Assembly (NCBI GenBank): GCA_905178155.1
Contig: CAJINV010000067.1
Coordinates: forward strand, 1-14,577
Length of the DNA stretch: 14,577 bases
Reading direction: 5' to 3'
Source: Amoebophrya sp. A120
Lineage: Eukaryota; Protista; Dinoflagellata
The notes beneath the pieces are model-generated. The model did not search any database. It saw nothing but the letters and a program-made list of their open reading frames with translations, and was not told the DNA's origin. Position numbers and translations under genes: made by a program. This document shows positions 1-9,900 of this stretch, piece by piece; the stretch's first letter is position 1; each line of letters starts with the position of its first letter.

Positions 1-75
1 CTGCGTATTGCAGTCCGTCTACCATTCACTTTTAGCATCACAAGTTTCCAGACCCAGACATTTTTGCATTTGATA
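1..75. mobile_element. One end of a second copy of the TIR element (introner/MITE-like), truncated by the window edge
   Basis: 34-75 (AGCATCACAAGTTTCCAGACCCAGACATTTTTGCATTTGATA) matches the reverse complement of 7949-7990 at 41/42 nt (mismatch at 66). Identity ends exactly at the element terminus. Assignment of 1-33 to the element interior is inferred. Confidence 0.8.
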
Positions 76-76
76 C

Positions 77-955
77 CTTGAACCAGTCAACGATCCTTGT
101 GCCCGCGTTGCCAAGCTCACGGATCTTCTGCACCCCCGATCCGAACCTGATGTCGTTTGACAGAGTTCGTATCTGAAGCAAAGTTGATGGAGGCATGAAA
201 ATGAATCACGGATGTATGACCTCTGGTGTGAGTATTGATGTGAGTCTGATAACCCATATGATTTGGATTTCTTTATGAGGTTCACGAAAAAAATGCTTCT
301 CCTGAAGAGGGCAACTAACTAGAGTAAGAGTTGAAGAATACGCGCGATTGTGGTCGTCCGCACACATGCCGACAGCCTCCCCGATCAAGCGATTGTAGAC
401 GAAGCCTTCGCTTTGCGCCAGCATGTTGGTAACCGGGTCCAGGAGCTTGACCGCGCAGTCCCAGTGGCAGGTGGCGTCCTTCCGCAGGTTGTAAAAGTAG
501 CCGATGTAGCGGACCCCATCCTGCTCGATCTCCTTTTCTTCGCGCCCGCCCAGAAACCAGCCGCCGGGAGAGCACAGATTCGCCCACCACCGCTCGTCGC
601 TCTGCGCAATGTGGTTCACAACCTCGCGCTGCGTCGACGGGTCGTACTCGACGACTTGGGGCTGCTGGGACCCATACGGGTCGTACACGGGCTGGTACTG
701 GGTTCCATACTGGTTGGGGTAGTACGGATCATTCGGCTGGGAGTACGGCGCAGTGTAACCGTTGTAGCCGACTTGCTGGTCATAGCCATTGTGGTAATGG
801 GAAGGCTGCTGTGCATACGCGTTGTTGTAGTACGAATTACCTGCAGATTGCACATCCGTGGCAAGAAAAGCAGACACCACCAGTACGATCTTGACGACCG
901 TGGAGGAAGTAGAGCTGCTTGCCCCCGCCCCAGCAGAACTCCGCGCGCCCCGCAT
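77..955 (-). CDS. Putative secreted protein with Y/Q/P/N-rich N-terminal region and Cys/Trp-containing domain; exons 955-320 and 172-77, probably continuing beyond the left window edge after an introner-like element
   Basis: First in-frame ATG is at 955, followed by a hydrophobic stretch (VVKIVLVVSAFLATDVQSA), a Y/Q/P-rich tract and a globular-looking part (ERWWANLCSPGGW...CHWDCAVK...GMCADD). GT-AG intron 319-173 joins in frame to IRTLSNDIRFGSGVQKIRELGNAGTRIVDWFK, which runs into the TIR at 75. No family recognised. Confidence 0.65.
173..319 (-). other. Canonical GT-AG spliceosomal intron (147 nt, phase 0)
   Basis: Donor CTA|GTTAGT at 319 and acceptor TTGCTTCAG|ATA at 173. AT-richer than the flanks and contains the in-frame TGA at 208-206. 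Confidence 0.65.
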
Positions 956-2032
956 AGTGGAGGGACGACGGGAGCTGCGGCGCAAGAGTTCGTAAAAACT
1001 CTTTACCTTCTCGATGGAATTTACTGTTCTTGATGCTCTGTTGGTCCCGGATACTGTATTTTCTTTTTCAAAAAAAACAAACTCTAAACACAAATGGACG
1101 AGAACCACCAGCGTCTTTTGCTTCTAAATCTACTTCTGTTCCTGTGACGCCGGTCCCGGTTTTCAACGACATATACGAAAACGAGGTGCGAGAGATTTCT
1201 GGCAGGAGACGACCCAAGACAGATCTATTTTTCCACGATTCAGAGACTGCGTCTGTGGCGAATTGGTCGTAGACGAAGATGGGGAGGAAGATCCGATCAA
1301 ATACAAAAAGCGAGAAGACGCAAGATCCTGCAACTACGACAGCTCACTTTTACCGAGAAAGAGTTTTGACGGAGACGAACATGGGGCGAGGCTGAAAATC
1401 CTTGTGGCTGCCCGTTGGTGTAGTTCATCGTGGGTATTGTACTATCAGTGACGCTTTTACATCGCACATACACATCGAAGCTGTTGGGGACACAAACACT
1501 TTATTCTCGAAAATGATTCTCACGTCGATCTGTACAAACACCAATCACGGAAGCAGTTTCTGAACATAAACACCACGTAGAAAAGTTTGCGTAAATACAT
1601 GCGATAGCGCTACATCGGAAATTTAGGTACACGAGCAAGTGCAATGTGCATACAGAACCCAGCTTCAAAACTTAATTTTTTTTGATACCTACTTTAAACT
1701 TGCTGCAGTGAAGAAATGACAAAGGTATCTGCACGGAGATAATTCTGTTTATGCCTATCAAGCGAACGCCATGAAAATTTCATCACTTGAAATCTTCCGG
1801 CAGGCTCGACCAGGACACGACCTGCGACGTGCTTCTACGGACGTGGTGGAGAGCTGCGCGTATTATATGCAGGCACAGACCATATCACACACAGAAGCTA
1901 CCGACTTTTTGTTTGGTTGAAGGACCTGAAGAGTCCTGACGCTATTTTTCCAATCACACAGACAAGGAGTCAAGTACTAAGAGGAAGGAGCGGATGATGT
2001 ATCTCTGATTCAGTGAATTGCAAGACCAACAC

Positions 2033-5000
2033 TCAGCCAAAGCCACCGGCACCTTGGTTCAGGCTGTTGTATCGCTGCTGCAGCCTGGCCGCCATAGCGT
2101 TGTTGCTCCGGGCAGGCTGAAACCTGCTGAAGGAACGGCCCTCGGGCGGTATGGCGGGTGGTCGCATCGACGGTGGCGGTGCGGCGGGGGCCGCCATGGA
2201 ACCCGCCTGGTTACTTGCGTTTGTTTGCAGCATGTCTCCAAACCCCGCCTGCTGCGATCCGCTACCGGTCTCGGAAGAGAGTCCACCAACAACTCCGAGC
2301 TCCCCAATCCGCCGGCGCTTTGCCGTGTCCGTGGAGTTGATGTTACCGTCTACTGCAAACAAACTACTGCTAGAGGTACTACTAGCTGCTCCACCCAGGA
2401 GTCCACGCGAGGACGAGGATAGCGTACTACTAGCACTTCTCTCGCTGATGTGCTGCTGAGACAATTGGTCTGAGAGCTTCAAGCTGCGCACCCACCGGAT
2501 GACCGCTCCGCGCGTTGCGTCCGCAGTACTAGTAGATCCTGGCTTACTGCTCGACGAGGACGAGCTCGAGGATGTGCTAGCGCTGGCAGCATTACTGGAG
2601 GTCGCTTCCGACAACTCAGCCCACACGGCGTCGCAGACGGCTGCAGCGGCGGTTTCCGAGCTTTCCTCCGTGGTCGTAGAGGGAATCATGTTCTCGCCCG
2701 CGAGCTCTTTGAGCATCTGCTCGTGCATCAGTTTCAAAAACTTTTCCCCGAACACGGTCTGAAAACTCGACTTCTGCAGGTCCGGCAGGCTCTTCCGCTC
2801 GAGGAAGGGGTGGGCGAGCAGTTCCGGGAGGGTGGCGCGGTCCATGGATTCGCGCTCCAGACAGCGGCGAATGCTGTCCTGTAGCTTCTCCCAGGTGTCC
2901 GGGTCGTGGGCCAATCGGGGGCACTCCGGAAAGTCGATCACCGTGCGCGGGTCGGAGATGGTGAGAATCCGCTGCATCGGATTCAAATGCGAAAACGGCG
3001 TCCGTTTGTACACCATCTGGTACAGGATGATACCGAGAGACCAAATGTCACTGCTTCGCCCGAGTTTCACCTGGTCGTCGTGAAGATTTCGTGCGAAATA
3101 TTTTTTTTTCTAATTCTAGGTACCTATTCTTTCAGAGGGCGCACACGGCTCGAGGAAATTTCAACATTCACGAAAGAAACAAATGACTTCCAACATTCAT
3201 TTACCGGCCCGGTATGCGCTTGGCACACCGCTTCGGGTGCCATGTAACTGAGCGTGCCGATCTGGTGGTCGCGCTGGATATTGGTGGTGTCGTTGTTCGG
3301 GATCGCCTTCGCAATGCCGAAATCGATCAGCTGCAGCTGGTTCCGCACCAGGAGAAAGTTCGCGGGTTTCAAGTCGCTGTGCACGATGCGCTCGTCGTGC
3401 ACGACCTGCACGGCCTCAAGCATCTGCCGCCAAAACCGCTTGATATCTGGGTAGTCCAGGTCCGGCTCGGATTGCAGGAATCTGGAGAAATCGGAGTCGC
3501 CGTACTCCATCAACACCAGTAGCTTCTCTTGCTTGATGATTTCACTGTCCACAATCTGGATGATGTTTGGCTTCCCCTTCAGTTTCTCCAACAAGTTCAC
3601 TTCGTTCTTGAACAGCAAAAACTGTGTGGGGTTGCTGGTCAGCACTCGTTTCAGCGCGAGCGTCTTGTTCGTCTTCGGGTCCACAACTTTGAACACCTTG
3701 GAACTGCCGCCGCGGCCAACTACGCCGATCTTTCGGTACGCCGTGTCGTTTACGTAGAGGACTTTGTGGCCGTCGACAATCTTGATGTTGTCGGACGGCT
3801 CAGTCTGCTCATCGCTTGCGCTGCTGATCAAGGATTTCGGCTTCGCGGCGGAAGAGGACACACTCGCATTCATCCGTCCCTGGCCATTCGACTGGTGCTG
3901 ACTTTGGCTTTGGTTTTGCTGCTGCTGCGCACCACCAGAACTCAGCTGTTGATTTTGATGTCCATGATGCGATTGGTTGCTATTCGCCGTCCGGCTCGCC
4001 GGGCTCTTGTTGCGCTGCGGTGAAGGAACGTGGTCCAGACTCTCGTTCCCCCCGGTGCTGCCGCCGGGGCCGAACAGGGAGTCGGAATTGGAATGGTGGT
4101 GCTTGTGCTTCAACTTCTGGTCATTCTCGTTTTCCTTGTTTTTGTTCGAACCGCTACTGCTGCGGTTTTCTTCTTCCAAAATCGGCGACAAGTTGTGGCT
4201 GTTGGCCGTGGAATCGCACAACATCATGGAGACCGATTGTCGTCGCATCAGCTCCTCCTGTTCCAGGCGCTTCCGCTCCTCAAGTTCGTATTGCCTTTTC
4301 CTTTCTTCCTGCTCCTGTTCCCCGGAGTTGTGCTGGTCTATCGTGCGCAAGGCACCCCGCAGCGGCGGGCCGAGAAACGAAACAGATTTCTTCGCAGCCG
4401 AGGGCTTGACGGGCGACTGGTAGCCCGGCGGCGGTTTATGCGTGCCATTCTTCGATCCTGATCCCGGTTGGTCGCCGCCGAAAAGCGACCCGCTCGGGCT
4501 CGGCGGTCTGATTTGCGACGCCGGCTGCTTCGACCCGGACCCCGGATTGTTGTGTATTGCATTGTTTCCACCTCCACCGAGAAAGTTGTTCGAGGACGAA
4601 GAACTGGACGGATTGAATCCACCTCTCACCCGGGGGCTTAACCCACCCTGCTGCATCATGTGCGCGCTGTCTGGAGGAACCTGGCTCAAGGAACTGCTTG
4701 AAGCCGGTTGCTGCTGCCCATTTCGCAAAACGTGACTACCGCCATTTGATGTAGAGGACACGACCGTCCCCCCGGCGGCATTCCCACTCCCGCCACCCAG
4801 GTTGAAGGATGGTATGTTCATACTGCGGCCCCCGGAAAGCGACCGCTCGCCACTGTTGCTCCGCAGCACAGAGGAACTCCCGGTCTGCATCGAGGACCGC
4901 TCGTTGCTGTTGCTGCGGTTGTTCGGCGCGAGGACTTGCTGCAGGTTGTTGCCGGTCGATGCGGAGGAAGACGAGCCTTTGTGGTGCAGCGTCATCCCCG

Positions 5001-6158
5001 CGGATGACGCGCTACCGCCGCCTCCAGACGGCCCAAACAGTTCCTGACTCCGGTCCAGACTGCGGTCTCGAGCGCTTGCCCCAACAGTAGTGGTTGGCAG
5101 CATGCGCTGCGCGGAGCGCAGGTTCTGGCCACCGAATTGCGCGAGCGACTTGTCAATGGTGCGCCGGGCCGAGCCAAACACATTCCGGTCCGCACTGTCG
5201 TTCATGTTCAACAGCTTGGACTGCATCACATGTCCTCCCGGCTCGACCGATTTTGCCAACCCCTGATTCAACACGTTTGTCAGCCCCGTCATCGGAGTCC
5301 CGTTCTGCATGCTCTTCGGTGTCTGCGCGATGTCCTGGTGTTTCTGTTTCTCTGCCGCAGTCGCGGGATTGAAGTTTGTTGACGCGGAAGATGAAGCAGG
5401 CCCAAATTTGTTTGCCTCGTGCGAAGATGTACCGCCATACGCGTAGTTTTTTGAGCTGGATGGCGCATCGTTGTGCACCTGTTGCTGCACTTGCCCGGGA
5501 TTGTGGTCCGTGCCAGCATTGAACTCTCGGCTCTCCAGAAAAAATTGCAGCTGCTTGGCGATCTGTAATTTTTAGCACCGGCAAAACATCACAAGTGCGA
5601 CGAGGGGGCATTAGATCACGTTGCTAGACTGTCACCGTAATGGTTGAGCGCCGGCATAGTACTAGCGAACAAAATTCTATTGGAACAAGAAGCGTGGACC
5701 CAGCGGGGCTAAAAGTAAAAATACAGCAAAGTATGTACCATTTCCTTCCCCTGCACGTCGCTCGGCAACAGATCGGCGTTTTTCAACCCCGCAATCGCTG
5801 CCTTGGTGTTCCCCCGGCTGTGGTCCCAATTCGCCTTCTCGATGTACATCTGCGCAATGTTTTTTCCAACCCGGTATTTGATCATAGTCTTCCAAATGGT
5901 GTCCACCTGGGACTTTTGTCCCATCTGTTGGTAAAGCATCGCCGTTGAAAGCATCATCTTGAAAAACGGCTCGCTGCACTGGTACACGTCGGGGCTGTTC
6001 TTCTTTATCACGCTCGCGGCGCAGTACCGCTTGAGGGCCGAGAGGCTCTCGCTATCGTACTCCGTGGTCCGCTGCAGGTTGTCCAGCTGCTCCAGCACCT
6101 TCTGCATGTTACCGCCGCATGCGTCAATCGCCTGCTTGCTTCGGGACGACGACGACAT
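2033..6158 (-). CDS. MPS1: Mps1/TTK dual-specificity spindle-assembly-checkpoint kinase; exons 6158-5739, 5562-3205, 3070-2033 (~1271 aa)
   Basis: Mps1-type kinase motifs: GRGGSSKVFKV, ALKRV, FKNEVNLL, IVHSDLKPANFLLV, LIDFGIAKAIPNNDTTNIQRDHQIGTLSYMAPEA, then after the intron KLGRSSDIWSLGIILYQMVY..TPF. Two phase-0 GT-AG introns join three ORF-track fragments in frame. Exon 1 encodes a helical TPR-like domain. Confidence 0.92.
3071..3204 (-). other. Canonical GT-AG intron in the Mps1 kinase domain (134 nt, phase 0)
   Basis: CCG|GTAAAT ... ACGACCAG|GTG AAA. Removal gives ...MAPEAVCQAHTGP|VKLGRSSDIWSLG and restores kinase subdomain VIII-IX continuity. Contains an in-frame stop. Confidence 0.9.
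5563..5738 (-). other. Canonical GT-AG intron in Mps1 (176 nt, phase 0)
   Basis: ATG|GTACAT ... TGCTAAAAATTACAG|ATC, with a branch-point-like GCTAA just upstream of the AG. Joins ...DVQGKEM|IAKQLQFFLES... in frame with ORF 3124-5490. Confidence 0.8.
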
Positions 6159-6986
6159 GCTGAACTCGGCGGGGGTCGTGTTAAGTGGTGCAGAGGCCTT
6201 TACTGTTTCACGCAGATTTGATATTTAGTCTTTATCGATTGAAGTCGCAAGTACAAGTACCAGGGAAGGGTATAATGTCTTACTCTTCGGTATCTCTTGG
6301 ATTTTCTTCAGAAAAATACGTATAAGTACTTACTTCCACCTTGGCGGGTTATTTTAACTTTCAAGAAAAAAGCTTCAGTCTTAGAGTACTTCCTACACTT
6401 CTTTTGCGTTGCACCTCCTCGCTAGGTGCTGGGAGTAAGTACACCAATTTCCAGGATCGAAGCACACGTGCCAAAAGTGAAAAGCATGAAACGACGAACG
6501 ACAAGCGAACCGATTCTGGCTAGGTAGAGTTGTCAAAATCTCTCGTGCGAGGCCTTTGGTGAAAAAGTCGAAAACTCTTAAATCAACCAAAATCAAGTCG
6601 ACGATGGTGGCGCAAAACGATCGACCGATACGAACTCACACAGTGCCTCGGAAGGGAAGCTTTATTTTCACGATTCATCAAGGCTTCTGCTTTGGTTTGC
6701 GGCCGTTGTGAGTTGTTGTGGAGAAAACTTGTACTTGGTTGTTGGTATTGCTTGGAATGCAAGATTATACATAGTGCAAAAGAATTTCGTTTTGATACAA
6801 ATCTCTTCTATTTCTGACTTCAAAACTGGTGCGTTGAAACTGGAGCTACAACATACACATATCAATACAGCAAAAAATTTTACAATACACGAATTCTCTT
6901 GTTGAAAAGGAAATCTACGAATGCGAATCATTGACTTCATACATTATTTGAGGTACTTACTTACATACATTTTTGTCGACAGGGAA

Positions 6987-9900
6987 TCAACCTTTCCGCG
7001 ACGCTGGATCGGGTTTATTTGGTTCCATCTCTTGTTCATTTTCAGTCGGCGGTGCGGTCGACACATCTTCCCCCTGTTCGTCCGAGGAGGCAGCGATGCT
7101 GGACGATGTTGTTGTCGTTCCCGCTGGAACTCCGCCTCCGCCCGTATCTGGGTTCAGATTGATTTGGTTTTGCGACGACGACGAGGTCGACGACGACGAC
7201 GCTGTCAATAACATTGCGGTCGTGGTGGTGCTGAGTTCATCCGCGCTGTCAGAGGTAGGATGATTCCCCTCCTCAGGCTTCTCTTCGTCCTCGTCAATCC
7301 AGTCGCGGACCGAGACCACCGCTGGCTGCCTGTCAACACTTCTGCTCACCGCGATCCCTAGATCGTCTGCAGCACGGGAGCCTGCGGCAGTTGTGCCACT
7401 AGTAGTACCGTTGCGAACCACGTGCAAGCGAGCAGTAGCCGCTCGCTCTCGGGAGGAAAACCCGCGGTTCTGGCCCACGGAGTTGTTCGACGAAGTAGCT
7501 GTGTTGTTCAGCACGTCACCGGTAACAACCCTACTTCTCGGCGTGGGTCCTCCGCTGCTGCTCGACGTCGCCGACCTTGTGGTGTTGATCAACGGCTGAA
7601 TCAACGAGGAGTACATCTGTTCCAAATAACCCGAAGATTGGTTAGTACTCTGCGGCTGCTGGTCGTGTGCAAGGACAGTAGTCCCACCTTCGTTTTGATT
7701 ACTATACTGCAGTAGTGCCCCTACTTGCTGTTCCAAAAACTCGTCCCTTTCGTCCCCGGGCGCGAAATCGTCGTCCGTGAAATAGTACAGGTCGTCGTCG
7801 TCTTGCTGCTGTTCACCTTCCGGTAGGTTGCTGGCGCTGTTGTTCCCGACCGTATTTCCACCGTTGTTCCAGCCGTACAGCGTGTTTTCCTGACCTATCG
7901 CGTTCGTGCCCAGCATGCCGAAGCGTTCCTCGTCGTCATCCAGGTCATTATCAAATGTAAAAATGTCTGGGTCTGGAAACTTGTGATGCTGGGTAACTCT
8001 CATGATGAGGCCACAGATGCTGGCTCAGCATGACAAGTTTCTGAGCCTCTAGGTGTTGCCTATTCTGCATGACAAACTGCGTTTCTGCATCACAGAAAAA
8101 CAGAGCTCCTGGGTAACGTGCATGACAGACTTAAGAGTCATGCCAGACAAGCATGACAAACATGCATTCTTCCAGACCCAGACATTTTTACATTTGATAG
8201 TCATCGAACATGTACAAATCATCCCCGTCGACCGAGGAGAGCATCTCATCGAAGGGCACCGGGGGGAGTTCCGAAGACAGGAGCTCCTGGTGCCGCAGGG
8301 AGGCGTAGGAAGGGAACACGCAGTAGTTGAGCGTGACGGAGATCAGGAAAATGACGCCAAGCAAAATCCCGAAGAAAAGCACCTTCCACTGGTGGCTGAT
8401 CTTCTCCTGCCAGTACAGCTCCTCCTCCAGGCAGGCATTGTACACGTCGGGGTTCAAATGCTCCGCGAAGTGCACCGTTAGGTCCATGTCCGTGAAACCC
8501 AGCAGCATGCCGGATAGCTCGCCGAGAAAAGCCTCGCCGAGGGACACGCGGAAACCGTAGTCCAGCATGCCGAGGGACGTAGACTTCTGCAGGTTCAACA
8601 ACGCGTCCCGGATGGCCAGTGTGGTCTGCTCGCTACCTGACGAATTTCATCAATTTGCCGCACATGATAGGGCTGATGTAAAGAAGACTGAAACTGGTGG
8701 CAGAAAACGTTTTACAAAAAATGCCTACGGTCAGCGCAAAAACTCAATGTCTCAGGTACTTACCATCGAGATTCAGGACTTCCAGGTCCAGCACCGCATA
8801 AACTTCTTGTTGGGACGGCGCCTGCGGGCTGACGGGGAGCTCGAACAGTTTGGCGATGGATTCGAGCGTTCTGTACTCCACGTTTTTCATGTCCACTAGT
8901 CCTGCCGGAACCAGTCCGGCTGCGGTTTCCGGTCTATTGCCAGCAGTGATAGACGAAGAAGAACTGCTTAGCGTCGACGAGCCATGCTCCGATTGGATCT
9001 CGACTTGCACAGGGCTCGTATTGTCCAGATTCGCGTTCCACTGCGAACTGCCAGAAAACGGGGGTAGCAGGTGGTGCCCACGATAGACGGAGGAAGATTC
9101 TCGCCCAAGCAATCTGGCTTTATTCCGAGTTAGCTGTTCTTCTCGCGCGGCAAGCAACTCCTTTTGTCGACCAGCTCCGCTTTGATACAGTAAATGGGCA
9201 GCAGCTCCTCCGTGTCGTGATGCTGTTGTAGCTCCTCCTCCTGATGCAGCAATTTCTATTTTCTGGAGATTCGAAGTCGCTGATATCTCCGTATTGCGAT
9301 CGCCATTCATCGAAACAGGTGGTCGCGGCGCATTCTGGTGCTGGTGGTTTGCTAATGTTGCCGAGCCTGTATCACCGTCTGCTGCGATCGCGATGCTGTG
9401 CGCCGAAAACCGGCGAAACGGTTTCGCATACAGCAGTTCCGAGGTCACTTGCTCGTGCAGCTGGAGGAAGGAAGAAAGGATTGCGGACTTTGAGAACTCT
9501 GTTCCGTTTACTCGATTCGAACGCATCAAGCCTAGAGATGCTGCAGAGGCGTTGCTCGCACTTGCAGGAGTTAGAGGAGCTTGTCCAGACTTACTGGCTG
9601 AAGAACCCTTCGCTTTTAGCTTATGCTTCGCTTTGTGGTCCTTTAGCGTTCCAGAATCCACAGTAGATCTAGTATTTTCCGCTGAACTTCCTGCTTGGTG
9701 TTCTGTCTCTTTCACAACTACTCCGGCGTTTGTGTACACACGATTGTCAAAGTCAAGAATGCCTTTGCTTAACTCCGAGGCACTACCGTCGCCGTGCCCG
9801 GGCGACGCGGAGGTCTCGCCAACAACATCTACTGCGTTGCTGGACATTCTTGTGGTCTCTGGCCGCGGTACGGTCTGCGCTTCGACTCCGGTATGAACGC

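Noticed and set aside
1450-2030. Possible ncRNA (tRNA/snoRNA) in the spacer downstream of Mps1
   Set aside because: No convincing cloverleaf, paired C/D boxes with terminal stem, or Sm site seen by eye. An Infernal/Rfam scan would be needed to exclude it fully.
3086-3126. Small palindromes in Mps1 intron 2 (ATTTCG-TG-CGAAAT, TAGGTACCTA)
   Set aside because: Too short, and not at the intron termini. Expected by chance.
4682-4690. TGGCTCAAG matching the 3' end of the dinoflagellate spliced leader
   Set aside because: Only 9 nt, antisense and inside the Mps1 coding exon, so most likely a chance match.
6987-8003. ORF-track 338-aa ORF as a stand-alone gene starting MRVTQHHKFPDPD
   Set aside because: Its ATG and first ~18 codons lie inside the TIR element. 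It is better explained as the last exon of the 10876-6987 gene.
8028-8160. Recurrent GCATGACA motif as a CRISPR-like array
   Set aside because: The repeats are only 8-9 nt, irregularly spaced, in both orientations and in a eukaryotic context with no cas genes. They are treated as element-internal repeats.
7949-8199. Reading the terminal TA dinucleotides as a Tc1/mariner TA target duplication
   Set aside because: It leaves the GTCAT duplication unexplained, and the empty site would carry 7 extra nt and be out of frame. The 5-bp TSD model restores the frame exactly.
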